Shown here: one piece after another, positions 10,597 to 20,400 of the stretch
How positions within the stretch are numbered: position 1 is the first letter of the stretch
Layout of the letters: every line of letters starts with the position of its first letter
NCBI GenBank assembly: GCA_045599245.1
Contig: JAZRVP010000136.1
Span: 34,555 to 98,554, forward strand
Direction: 5' to 3'
DNA from: Myxococcota bacterium
GTDB taxonomy: Bacteria > Myxococcota_A > Bradymonadia > UBA4248
DNA: 64,000 nucleotides
Notes under the pieces: model-generated
Databases searched by the model: none
What the model saw: the letters and a program-made list of their open reading frames with translations, nothing else
Told to the model about the DNA's origin: nothing
Made by a program: the position numbers and the translations under genes

Positions 10597-10680
10597 GGCA
10601 AACGAAAGCTAAATCCTAATCTACATAATTCTAATTTTAGCCGTTTGGTATGAAATAGCCTCGCGGCGGCGGCGTATTGC

Positions 10681-10716
10681 CCCTGTCGAGGCGTTGTGCA
10701 CAACGCCTCGACAGGG
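10681..10716. repeat. 36-bp perfect palindrome with a 28-bp core that recurs elsewhere
   Basis: CCCTGTCGAGGCGTTGTGCACAACGCCTCGACAGGG; the core recurs at 29425-29452 and, degenerate, at 7758-7785. Confidence 0.9.
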
Positions 10717-10814
10717 AGAAATCCCTTTGAAACAGCGCCGTATTTCACCTTGAAGCAGCGTGGCAACGCAGCAACAGGGGAAATAGGCACGCACGGGAGC
10801 CAATTCATATAAAA

Positions 10815-10879
10815 AGACTTGCGTATGCCGCACGGCATAGCAAGTCTCAAAGCCTGCGTATGCCATCAGCATAGCAGGC
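10815..10879. repeat. Two bulged-hairpin copies after the S41 gene
   Basis: AGACTTGC(G)TATGCCG-CA-CGGCATAGCAAGTCT and GCCTGC(G)TATGC-CATCA-GCATAGCAGGC. Confidence 0.75.
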
Positions 10880-10892
10880 CACCCGAAAATGA

Positions 10893-13800
10893 TTACTTGC
10901 GATTGATATGGAATGATGAAGCCGTTTCGGTATCAATGCGATCGCGAGCCACAATGACGAGGCTGTTGTCCCCCTGTTTTAACGGAACATCAATGACAAT
11001 GCGTTTGTCTTTGCCCGTCATCAAACCGTAATCGAGCTTTTCAACCTTGAGCTCGAGACCGTCATGCGTCCAGACATAGGCTTCGTAATCGCGCAAAGCC
11101 TCATTGTCAGAAAGATCAACCATAATCGCAGCCGACGCCGACTGTTCCGTATGAGAACGTTCCTCAAATCGAATGACCGGTGCCTGATAGCTGAAAACTG
11201 CATCCATTTTGGACGCAGGATAAACTTTTTTCGGCTCCCTGGCCTTATTGTCTTTATCGTCGCCGGCCACGTCTTCTGCGTTTTCTTCGGCCTTTGCCAC
11301 CGGAAGCTCCTTTGACTTTTCGGGAGGTTCCACCGGCATGGGTTCATCGGAAAGAACATCGGAAAGCTGTTCAGAACTGACAAAGGCACAGGGCAATAGT
11401 TCGTCTTCGTTCCAACAGACGCCGGACAGGCCATTGGACATCGGATATACACGAACATTCTGAGCCGTCCTGACGCCAGCCAGACGATACCCATCCTTTC
11501 GATGTGAAAACAGCTCGGCACCCGCCGCAAGACTCTTTATCACCGCTTCGGCTTTCGGTGCCCCGTCCACTGCCGGCTGAACAGGAATAATCACCGGCTG
11601 AACGATATTCGTATCATACTCCTCATCCGAAATGCTCAGGTTGAGAAAGACCTCATCGGGATTAAACAGATGATTGCGTTTTATGCGTTTCGAAGGCGGT
11701 TTCTGCGGCTTGTCCTGACTGACATCGAACTTGAGAACAACGAGACGAGACTCCCCGACGTGGAGATTTTCAACCGTCGCCTTGCCCTGCTGAAGCAGAA
11801 CTCCGCTGCCCGATTCATTCGCAATATTGACGCGAATTTTCTTCGAATCCATTCCGCCGATATTTTTGATCCAAAGATACATATCGACAGACTCGCCACG
11901 GCTCAGACGGCCGTCTCCATTGCCACGTTTGATGTCATCCATCCAGTAGGTATAGACAAAATCCGGTTTCTTACCGTGAAGGACGGATGCATTAAACTGC
12001 CCCTTTGTCGCAAGAGGCTTGTTTTGGAGATGGGCATCATCGCCCTGATAAAACTGAATATCCACGAGATCGTCACGCGTCGGGAAAGACTTTGGAAGCT
12101 TGATTTTGACAGGCCACTCGCGCTGCGCCCCCGGCTCCACCCTGCCAAAGACAAAGGCGCGTTCGTCAAAGGCTCCATTATTCGACGTCAAAACGGCCGA
12201 AAACTGCGTCAAATCACCCGCCTCACACTCATTTTTGACCCACATCACGAGTTCATTTGACTCATTATCCGCAGGAAATACGAGCGTTTCTCCTTGAGAG
12301 GCATTCTGATCCCTGAACTTCACACCCCACGAAAAACTGTCACACACCGGCTCCTTCGGCTTCGCTGCAGACCAGTCGATTTTCAGACCGCTCATCGCCT
12401 TGCCAAGTGCCGAAAGATACGATCGTCCATACTGCGCAAAAAATGCCTCCGAATTTTTGACAATTTCATCGGCTTTCGATGATTTGGCCTGCTTGATAAA
12501 TTCGATGGCAAAACGCGTTTCATCGTCTTCGGTATAGTCTTCGGTCGAACGAAGATCATACGTCGAAAGCCCCAGTTCTTTGGCTCTCTTTTCCTCTTCC
12601 TTGGACGGTTCATACAGATAGCGAAGTATCGCAGCACTCGTTCTTTCCTTCGTTCTGTCGCTGCGAAGAGACTGTTCAAGTGACGATTCCCGCCGAATGT
12701 TGTGGGTTTCAACGAGGCTGACACCGTCCTTTTCACCGACATACGATGGAACGAGACGAATATCGGGAACAATGCCCGTACCCTGAATGGAAATATCGCC
12801 GGGCGTCAGATATTGAGCCGACGTAATTTTAATGGCACTGCCGTCGGGATTATCCTTGAGAATCTGAACACTGCCTTTGCCGAAACTTCTTTCACCGACG
12901 ATCACGGCACGATGATGCGCCTGAAGTGCGCCGCTGACGATTTCGGATGCCGAGGCGCTTCCTTCATTGATGAGCACGACGATCGGATAATCCCGTTCTT
13001 TGCCGTCAAATCTGGCTTTCATCGAGTCCCTGTCCGATTTCGATGCGCCTTCGACGCTCACGATCGTGTCGCCTTTATTGAGGAACTGTTCGGCTACCAT
13101 CACCGACTGATCGAGAAGACCGCCTGAATTGTTGCGAAGATCGATGATAAGACCTTTCATTTTCGGCATCGCCGAATGAAGTGCCGCCAAATGAGTCTGG
13201 ACCTCTTCCGCCGTCGATTTGTCAAAGGATTTGAGCTTGATATAACCGACATTGTCTTTTTTCAGGGCACTGGACGTGACGCTTCTGATTTCAATAACTT
13301 CTCGCGTGATCACAATCGGCTTCGGCTCCGTCCATCCTTTTCTCTGAATGTATAGCGTCACTTTGGTTTTGGGCTCGCCGCGCATGCGATCGACCGCATC
13401 CTGAAGCGGCATATTTTCTGTCGATTCATCGTCAATGCGAACAATGATATCCCCGGCTTTGATGCCGGCTTTCCACGCCGGAGAGCCTTCCATCGGCGAT
13501 ATGATGACAAGATTGTCGTCGCGAATGCCGACCACAAAACCGCAGCCGCCAAAACCGCCATTGCCCGTCATCACATCTTCAAACAAATAGGGTGGAAGCA
13601 GGTTTGTGTGCGGATCGAGAGTGCTGAACATGCCATTGATCATCGCATATTCGAGTTCGGCCGGATCCATGGGGTCCGTCAAATGCGAATAAATATAATT
13701 GTATGCCTCTTCACTCGTCTGATACGCATCCGCAAGTGAATTGATATTGGCCAGATTGAAATGACGGCTCTCAATGCCGACATGAAGAATAAGGGACGAC

Positions 13801-14147
13801 GGATTATCATCGATGCGGCGATCAAACTGAGCCACGACTTCAGGCACCATGTTCTGTATCGCATCAATCCCGTGAATCGTCATATTTCGCCAGTTAATGC
13901 GATCCGGATCGACGTAGCGATGATTGAGGAGGATGAGAGAAAACTGCATCAGCCTCAGGTTCCGGGCTGCTTTTTTTACGACGGTTCCGGCCTCTCCATT
14001 TCCCGCAATCGGATCGCTGCCGACCGAGTCATCCGACTGGTGCATGAGCCCCGGGGCTGTATTTTCACCCGTCTTTATGCTGCATCCGGCCATCAGCAAG
14101 GCAGCCAGAATCGGAAGAAAAACAGTATACGTCTTGCAATACTTCAT
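10893..14147 (-). CDS. S41 C-terminal processing protease lipoprotein, MXAN_5808-like (1084 aa)
   Basis: Lipobox LMAGC; LDPHT, PDZ domain (GFGGCG...SPAWKAGIKAGD), DLRNNSGG, catalytic SASASEIV and GKGSVQ; long C-terminal beta-rich (CARDB/Ig-like) extension. Confidence 0.88.
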   Translation of the reverse strand: MKYCKTYTVFLPILAALLMAGCSIKTGENTAPGLMHQSDDSVGSDPIAGNGEAGTVVKKAARNLRLMQFSLILLNHRYVDPDRINWRNMTIHGIDAIQNMVPEVVAQFDRRIDDNPSSLILHVGIESRHFNLANINSLADAYQTSEEAYNYIYSHLTDPMDPAELEYAMINGMFSTLDPHTNLLPPYLFEDVMTGNGGFGGCGFVVGIRDDNLVIISPMEGSPAWKAGIKAGDIIVRIDDESTENMPLQDAVDRMRGEPKTKVTLYIQRKGWTEPKPIVITREVIEIRSVTSSALKKDNVGYIKLKSFDKSTAEEVQTHLAALHSAMPKMKGLIIDLRNNSGGLLDQSVMVAEQFLNKGDTIVSVEGASKSDRDSMKARFDGKERDYPIVVLINEGSASASEIVSGALQAHHRAVIVGERSFGKGSVQILKDNPDGSAIKITSAQYLTPGDISIQGTGIVPDIRLVPSYVGEKDGVSLVETHNIRRESSLEQSLRSDRTKERTSAAILRYLYEPSKEEEKRAKELGLSTYDLRSTEDYTEDDETRFAIEFIKQAKSSKADEIVKNSEAFFAQYGRSYLSALGKAMSGLKIDWSAAKPKEPVCDSFSWGVKFRDQNASQGETLVFPADNESNELVMWVKNECEAGDLTQFSAVLTSNNGAFDERAFVFGRVEPGAQREWPVKIKLPKSFPTRDDLVDIQFYQGDDAHLQNKPLATKGQFNASVLHGKKPDFVYTYWMDDIKRGNGDGRLSRGESVDMYLWIKNIGGMDSKKIRVNIANESGSGVLLQQGKATVENLHVGESRLVVLKFDVSQDKPQKPPSKRIKRNHLFNPDEVFLNLSISDEEYDTNIVQPVIIPVQPAVDGAPKAEAVIKSLAAGAELFSHRKDGYRLAGVRTAQNVRVYPMSNGLSGVCWNEDELLPCAFVSSEQLSDVLSDEPMPVEPPEKSKELPVAKAEENAEDVAGDDKDNKAREPKKVYPASKMDAVFSYQAPVIRFEERSHTEQSASAAIMVDLSDNEALRDYEAYVWTHDGLELKVEKLDYGLMTGKDKRIVIDVPLKQGDNSLVIVARDRIDTETASSFHINRK

Positions 14148-14247
14148 CGCACTCCCTTCATATATTGATCTAAAATTTCAAAACAGAAATTGCGGACGAC
14201 CGCATCATAGATTAACAAACGCATCGTCCGAATAAAATATGCCCGAC

Positions 14248-17200
14248 TTAACGCCCAAGACGCTGCATTGCCGCCTGATCATTGAGCCGAATCGCCTGTT
14301 TCAATGCAATCTCGCGGCAACGCGCCGAAAGCTCCGGATCGGCATACTGCTCCGAAAGGGCCAGAGCCAGTTCGGCACAGTACAGAATATCGGCATCCAC
14401 AACCATGCTTTCTTCGAGCATTTGCCCCAGCCTGAACAGAATATCCTGGAAGCAAGGCCAGTCATAAGTCGCGGCACAACACGGCAGAAGCTCCGCATAA
14501 AGCCAGTTCAAATCTATACTCTGACCGGCATGCTCGATCAGTTCTATCTGACTCAGAACAAGTGTTTTGGCCTCGGTATATCGCTGTCTGGAAAGCAGAA
14601 GGAGAACGAGATTGCAAACAGCCGTCGTTCCGTCCAGGGAATTCACTTCGCGATAAATATCCAGGGCACTGCGATAATAATTCTCTGCCTGCTCCGGCTG
14701 GTTGTAACCAAGGCGATAGATTTCACCGATATCATTCATGCAGTTTGCCGTATAGACGCGGTAGCCCATCTGCCGGAAGATATTCAGTGCATATTCCAGG
14801 TTCTGTCTGGCTTCTTCAAAAAGTCCGCCGTGCTGGAACGTATTTCCGAGGGACTTGTATGACCGGGCAAGGCCATACTGATCATGAGTATAGGCCTGAA
14901 TTTCAACGGCCTGCTGGAGATAAAAACGCGCCAGTTCGAGTTCATGGCGCATGTCACAGATGCGTCCGATGAGCCACAGGGTTTCCGCCCGGTCATTGTA
15001 GTACTGAGCACGACGGCGTTCCCCGATTTCATTAAAGAACTGGAGCGAAGCCATCAGGACATCGATCGATTCAGTCACGTTGTTTCGAAGCTGAAGGAGC
15101 TGACCTTTTTCTTTATTGCCGAGGGCCTGAATGACCGGCGAGCGCGTCTGAACACCGAGTTCGAGTGCCTTTTCAATCAGCGGTTCGGCTTCGTCGAGCC
15201 GGCTTTCCTGAAGAAGCGTGTCGGCCTGTGCAAGCCAACCCAACGCCCGAATTGGACTCTTTTCATCGGCTCGACATGACTCAAGACACGCCTCACGCTT
15301 TTCAAAAAGCTCGTGCGCTATCTCATATTCATTGCGCTGACGACGGAAAATGGCCGCCTGAAGAAGCGGTTCAATGCACGCCTCATACGCGCGGGCCTCG
15401 TACAAATGTTCCGATCTTCGCTCGTGATAAAACGTCAGCGCATCCGAAAAATATGCCTCCAGCATATCGGCACAGGTGTGATGATGCTGACGGAAGCGCG
15501 CATTCTCTTTGGTATAACGAATGAGGGACTCGCGAAGAAGCGCATGAATAAAACGAACAGACGGATACCGAAGCTCAAACAGCTGATGCTCAAGCATCGC
15601 TTCCATCGTCGTGACATTGCTTCCAAGCTCAGCCATCTGACAGGCAATGCGCCACTCATCGGCATCGAACTGCGTCCCGAGACAGGCCGCAATTTCCAGC
15701 TGTTCAATCGCAATGCTCTGGACTTTGGAATCGCGGAAAATCGCACGGAGTCGCGAAAGCCAGAGCTCATGAAGCGAATCGGGAAGCTCCACCGACTCCC
15801 CTTCCCTGACCTTAAACCCATTCGGCCCCGGCACGAGAAGACCGCGTTCAACCCAGTCGCCGACGAGCTGAATCGCGAACAGCGGCATGCCGCTCGTGCG
15901 CTGCGCAACCTGCTGACAGAGCTCCTCATCCAGACCGATAAGCTCCCGAACCAGCGCAAGATGGTCTTGCGGCGGAAGCGGCGAAATGTTGAGCATTGTG
16001 ATGCGGCGATTCAAAATGATGCGCTTAAACGCCGTCTCCTGCGACGAATCCGTCTGAACTTCCTCGCTTCGGCTCGTTGCCAGAATGAGAAGCGGGATAT
16101 CCTCCGCCATCGGATTCGTCATCATGAAGCTGATAAAATCGATCGAAAACGTCGAATAATGGACATCATCAAGCCAGAGTACGGCGGCCCGATCATGACA
16201 TATTCGGCGAAGGAAACGGCACAAAACGGCATACTGTTCCTCGACATCGTTAAAATGAATGCCGGGAACCGGATTTTCGGGATCATCCTGAAGCTGCATG
16301 AGCTCCAGCATGGGCAGCGCGTCGTCGTATTCCTCTTCGAGATGATGCTCGCCCAAAAACCACTTAATGCGTTCCAGAGCCTTGTTTCTCGTGAGCCCAT
16401 CACAGCTCAGATAAAACATCATGGCGCGCGCAATGCCGAGTGAATTCTGATGGTCCTCGTAGTGAAGAGCCTTGAGGGTATGGGCTATGGAAAGCTCATG
16501 GGCGCGCTGTGTCATCCATTCGACGATGCGCGACTTGCCCGTACCGCGCGGCCCGTCCAGAAGAATGCACCTCGGTATCCGGTCCGCTCGCGTTGCCGTG
16601 AGCTGGGAATAAATGATATCGCGCTCGGACTCCCGGCCAATCATGGGAATGGCACGAAGGCCCCAGAGACCGAGACCGGCCCCCATCAGCTGCCCGAAAC
16701 GATCGTCAAACCCCTCGCGGCGCCACGACGTCGGCGCCGGAACGATGCGCTTGTTCTCATAAATCAGAGCCGGAAGCATCTGGCGCTGGCGATAGACCTC
16801 GGCAAGCGTGGAAAGATCGTGCTTGGCCGGCGATTCGACCTGCGCCGGTTCAATTCCCCTCGTCACAACCACCGCGATGTCCGATGAATCCATCCGCATC
16901 GTCTCGCCCATGTCGGCAAGCAGGTCTTCGGCTATATCGCCGCCGTCCCCCTTGATGCGAACGGCCATGCTCTGTGACTTGAGCGAAACCTGATCCGGCT
17001 GATAGAGCGTGTCAAAGATGTTGGAATTGCTGTTGAATTCGACGACATTGTATTCGCAGGAATCGGGTGCGGAAATCTGCCCCGACGAATGATGCACGCT
17101 TTCGACTTCGGGCGTTTCCGGATCCGGCAGACACACGAGCTCCCACGCTGCCTCGGCCGCATACTCAAATCGATCCGATACTTTCTTGGCAAGCATTCGC

Positions 17201-17967
17201 GAGAGCCATCCCTGAAAGCCCTGCGGAAGATGCGCCCCCGTCACAGGCTCGGGATTTTCGTGAAGCTGGCATCGAAGAACATCCGTCCCCGTGACATTCG
17301 AAAAAATTCGTTTGCCCGTCGCAAACAGATACGCAAGACACCCGATGGAATACAAATCGGTCCACGGCCCCTGGTCCCGGGTCTGGTTTAAAATCTGTTC
17401 TGGCGCCATATAGCGAGGCGTCCCCGCAACCATCCCATTGGGAAGCTCTTGCGTTCCAATGGCCTTGGCAATGCCGAAATCGGTCAGCATGACGCGGGAC
17501 TGTTCCCCGTCATGCATGAGAAGGATGTTGCCGGGCTTGATATCGCGGTGAATGACATCACGGGCATGGGCATGGGCCAGGGCATCGAGCAGCTCAAGGA
17601 TGAGAAAGCGCATCTGAAGCCACGGCAGTGGCGACTTTGGCTTGGGAAGCGTCCCGCCCGTTGCCAGTTCCATGGCATAATACTGGCTGCCGCTCGCAAT
17701 CTGTCCATCCGATGCGGCAAACAGCGCGTCGTCCGTCACGCCGTAGTCCAGAACGCGAATAATTGACGGATGATGAAGATGCGCAACCGCCCGAACCTCG
17801 TTCGTAAATGACTGCCTGAACGTCTCGTCCTGCGCCCCAAGAGCCGTCAGGACCTTAACCGCAACATGCAGGTCTTGGCTTCGATGGACCGCTTCCCACA
17901 CCACGCCCATGGAACCCTTTCCAATCGGCTTGATCAAATCAAATGGTCCTAATACCAAGTTCTCCAT
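14248..17967 (-). CDS. Ser/Thr protein kinase-P-loop ATPase-TPR protein (about 1239 aa)
   Basis: GKGSMGVVW, VAVK, HRDIKPGN, DFG and GTPRYMAPEQ kinase motifs; GPRGTGKS Walker A; WLDDVH Walker B; C-terminal TPR-like helices; start MENLVLG with GAGG RBS. Confidence 0.92.
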   Translation of the reverse strand: MENLVLGPFDLIKPIGKGSMGVVWEAVHRSQDLHVAVKVLTALGAQDETFRQSFTNEVRAVAHLHHPSIIRVLDYGVTDDALFAASDGQIASGSQYYAMELATGGTLPKPKSPLPWLQMRFLILELLDALAHAHARDVIHRDIKPGNILLMHDGEQSRVMLTDFGIAKAIGTQELPNGMVAGTPRYMAPEQILNQTRDQGPWTDLYSIGCLAYLFATGKRIFSNVTGTDVLRCQLHENPEPVTGAHLPQGFQGWLSRMLAKKVSDRFEYAAEAAWELVCLPDPETPEVESVHHSSGQISAPDSCEYNVVEFNSNSNIFDTLYQPDQVSLKSQSMAVRIKGDGGDIAEDLLADMGETMRMDSSDIAVVVTRGIEPAQVESPAKHDLSTLAEVYRQRQMLPALIYENKRIVPAPTSWRREGFDDRFGQLMGAGLGLWGLRAIPMIGRESERDIIYSQLTATRADRIPRCILLDGPRGTGKSRIVEWMTQRAHELSIAHTLKALHYEDHQNSLGIARAMMFYLSCDGLTRNKALERIKWFLGEHHLEEEYDDALPMLELMQLQDDPENPVPGIHFNDVEEQYAVLCRFLRRICHDRAAVLWLDDVHYSTFSIDFISFMMTNPMAEDIPLLILATSRSEEVQTDSSQETAFKRIILNRRITMLNISPLPPQDHLALVRELIGLDEELCQQVAQRTSGMPLFAIQLVGDWVERGLLVPGPNGFKVREGESVELPDSLHELWLSRLRAIFRDSKVQSIAIEQLEIAACLGTQFDADEWRIACQMAELGSNVTTMEAMLEHQLFELRYPSVRFIHALLRESLIRYTKENARFRQHHHTCADMLEAYFSDALTFYHERRSEHLYEARAYEACIEPLLQAAIFRRQRNEYEIAHELFEKREACLESCRADEKSPIRALGWLAQADTLLQESRLDEAEPLIEKALELGVQTRSPVIQALGNKEKGQLLQLRNNVTESIDVLMASLQFFNEIGERRRAQYYNDRAETLWLIGRICDMRHELELARFYLQQAVEIQAYTHDQYGLARSYKSLGNTFQHGGLFEEARQNLEYALNIFRQMGYRVYTANCMNDIGEIYRLGYNQPEQAENYYRSALDIYREVNSLDGTTAVCNLVLLLLSRQRYTEAKTLVLSQIELIEHAGQSIDLNWLYAELLPCCAATYDWPCFQDILFRLGQMLEESMVVDADILYCAELALALSEQYADPELSARCREIALKQAIRLNDQAAMQRLGR

Positions 17968-18097
17968 AACCCTGTTCCTCTCAATTTTCGCGTGCACTTC
18001 ACCCTGCACACATACATACGCATACACATTTTAACATTACGCTTTCTGGAAGCAGATTTCATTAGATATTTGATGTCACGGGGACAAAAATGAGGGC

Positions 18098-18159
18098 GAC
18101 GGCCTATGCCAAAGGCATACGGCCGTCTGGGGGCGTGCTATCTGACGATACGCACGCCC
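18098..18159. repeat. Two bulged-hairpin copies in a divergent spacer
   Basis: GACGGCCTATGCC-AAA-GGCATA(C)GGCCGTC and GGGCGTGCTATC-TGAC-GATA(C)GCACGCCC. Confidence 0.75.
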
Positions 18160-18394
18160 GTCTTTATTTTTTTTTTCGCCCTGCCTCGATGCCCCGTTTT
18201 GACGTCATCGCAAGCCCTGACGCGCCTGTCATGCAGAGGTAATGTCCACATCACGATGCTTTTCCGGCACAAATTTCAGGCCGGTGAAAATTGTAAAACT
18301 GCCGTGCGTTGTGCTAAAAATGAAAAGCTGCCAGTCAGAGCAGCATTTTATTTACAGCCGGCCAGGCCGGTTTTCACCCCGAGGACAAAGCCAA

Positions 18395-19051
18395 ATGCTG
18401 AGCGTCAAAACTTATGAGATGGATCGCCTGAGAAACACGACTGTTCACAAATTCTTCTCTCGCGTTGAGGAGCTGATAAAATCAATTTATGGCACCAGGA
18501 CCTGCGACATGGCCGTCAATTTTCTTGAGGCCTCCCAGGCGTTTGAACTTGCGCTCAAAGGGTGCGACGAAACGAGTGCCGCAGCGCTTGAAGAAGCCGA
18601 TGATCATGCCGATGACGCCTGGGGATCGCTTCAGGCCCAGATCATGGCCTCTCTTCGCCACCCAAACCCCGAAAAACAGGCAGCAGCCGCAAGCGTCTAT
18701 ATGATATTTGCAGAATTCAGCAACCCGACGCGCCTCAATTACGACGAGGAATACGAACTCATCAAAACCCAGGTTGATGCGCTTCGAGCCCTGCCGCAAA
18801 AGACACTCGACCTGGCATACGTCACCGAATACATCGACGCCCTCGAAAAATGCCGGACCGATTTTCTGGAACTTCTGTCTCGCGCCTCCGGGGATGAAAG
18901 CAGCCGAAGCGCCCGAATAAAAAAGGCCCGAAAAGACGCCATGGCAGCCTATCAGCAGTTCTCGGAGACGCTCAATGTCATGCTTCGCATCAGCTCCGAC
19001 GGGGAATTTGTGCGTCTTGCAGAAGGCCTCAACGCGCTCATTGCAGGATAG
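18395..19051 (+). CDS. DUF6261-like helical protein (about 218 aa)
   Basis: RLRN.....F, EADDHADDAWGSL, HPNPEKQAAA and NPTRLNYDEE match the remembered DUF6261 pattern; GAGGAC RBS before ATG 18395. Confidence 0.7.
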   Translation: MLSVKTYEMDRLRNTTVHKFFSRVEELIKSIYGTRTCDMAVNFLEASQAFELALKGCDETSAAALEEADDHADDAWGSLQAQIMASLRHPNPEKQAAAASVYMIFAEFSNPTRLNYDEEYELIKTQVDALRALPQKTLDLAYVTEYIDALEKCRTDFLELLSRASGDESSRSARIKKARKDAMAAYQQFSETLNVMLRISSDGEFVRLAEGLNALIAG

Positions 19052-19170
19052 CCATTTACCATTTACCAATTGAAGCAGGACTGTGATAAACTAAAGTGCC
19101 AATTTTCATTCTTCAAGCTTTCCGGACCGTTTTCGGAAAGCCGGGATGACCTTTCCTGACAGGGTAAAAC

Positions 19171-20400
19171 ATGAATCCTTCCCTCCGCTGGACATTGACG
19201 GATGGCCCAACGAGACGCCAACAGGTGATTGAAGCGCTTACAAGAGGTGATGAAGACTGGTCGAAGTACGTGGCCGGGATGTCAGGTGTCAAAGATATTT
19301 CGAATGGTCTGGACCTTCGGGGGATAGACCTTCAGGGGGTCGATCTTCGCCGGGCCAAACTCGCGCATGCCCATCTCGATCATGCGAATCTGTCGGGTGC
19401 CAATCTGAGCGGAGTCTGTCTCAACTACACGTTTGTTCGCGAATCGAACCTTGAGGGAGCGGATTTGAGCGGCGCCAGCCTGACCGGGGCGGATTTTCAG
19501 GCCGTCAATCTGGCCAATGCCAATCTTTCGGGTGTTCTGGCCAAGGGAACGCGTTTCAGCGGCTCTAATCTGGAAAATGCCAACCTGAGTCATGCCGGTC
19601 TTTCGGGAGCGGATTTTCGCAACTCGAACCTGAACAATGCGAATTTTGAAGAAGCAAACGGCGATTTTGCATCATTTGCGTACAGCCAGGCGACACAGCT
19701 CAAAGCGCGAGGCGGTTCATTTAAGAAATCGAACTGGTACAAGGCGAACCTGAAGGAAGCTTGTTTTGAAAAAGCGGCGATGACCGAAGCGGATCTGTCG
19801 TATTCGGTGTGCGAATGTGCGAATTTCAGCCATGTGGAGCTGAGCCGGGCAAAGGTTCGGGAAGTGAACCTGACGCAGGCGAATTTGTCGGATTTGAGTG
19901 CCGTTTCAACGACGTTTGTGCAGTCGATACTGTCGGGTGCAGACTTCAGCCGTGCCATTCTCAACGATGCGAATTTCAATCATTGTTATGCGCATTCGCC
20001 GGCGAATTTTGAGAGCATTCAGGGGCAGGGAGCCTTTTTTATGGAAGCGGATTTCAGCCACTGCCGTTTTGCGGGAGCGCAGCTTCTTCGCAGCATTTTT
20101 TGCGAGAGCAAGATGTCGGAGGCCGATTTTTCGGGTGCCGTCCTGTCGGGGTCGAACCTGCAGAAAGCGACGGCGCGCCGGACGAATTTCTCGCATGCGG
20201 CACTTGACCAAATGACGCTCACGGGTGCGCTTCTGACGGAAGCCAACCTCAGCTATGCGCGCATCGGCAGTACGTATGTCACGCCGTCGATGATCATGAG
20301 TGCCAATGTGGAGGGTGCGATCATCGATCCGATGCTTGAAGAAACCATCGCAGCCGCCATGACGGCCGGAACCCCGGTGTACGCCGAAGCGGAACACTGA
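19171..20400 (+). CDS. Pentapeptide-repeat protein (409 aa)
   Basis: Continuous A(D/N)(L/F)SGA-type repeats over about 340 aa. Confidence 0.93.
   Translation: MNPSLRWTLTDGPTRRQQVIEALTRGDEDWSKYVAGMSGVKDISNGLDLRGIDLQGVDLRRAKLAHAHLDHANLSGANLSGVCLNYTFVRESNLEGADLSGASLTGADFQAVNLANANLSGVLAKGTRFSGSNLENANLSHAGLSGADFRNSNLNNANFEEANGDFASFAYSQATQLKARGGSFKKSNWYKANLKEACFEKAAMTEADLSYSVCECANFSHVELSRAKVREVNLTQANLSDLSAVSTTFVQSILSGADFSRAILNDANFNHCYAHSPANFESIQGQGAFFMEADFSHCRFAGAQLLRSIFCESKMSEADFSGAVLSGSNLQKATARRTNFSHAALDQMTLTGALLTEANLSYARIGSTYVTPSMIMSANVEGAIIDPMLEETIAAAMTAGTPVYAEAEH

Noticed and set aside
10310-10890. Possible CRISPR array or integron attC cassettes among the repeats
   Set aside because: There are no constant-length direct repeats with unique spacers, no GTTRRRY/RYYYAAC boxes, and no cas or integrase gene.
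14239-17766. Long plus-strand ORFs (for example 15313-16443, 376 aa) opposite the kinase
   Set aside because: These are antisense shadows of a well-supported minus-strand gene.
18167-18176. T10 tract (also A-runs at about 29737 and 54729) as phase-variation switches
   Set aside because: They are intergenic, in or near terminator-like or AT-rich DNA, with no clear promoter spacing or frame affected.
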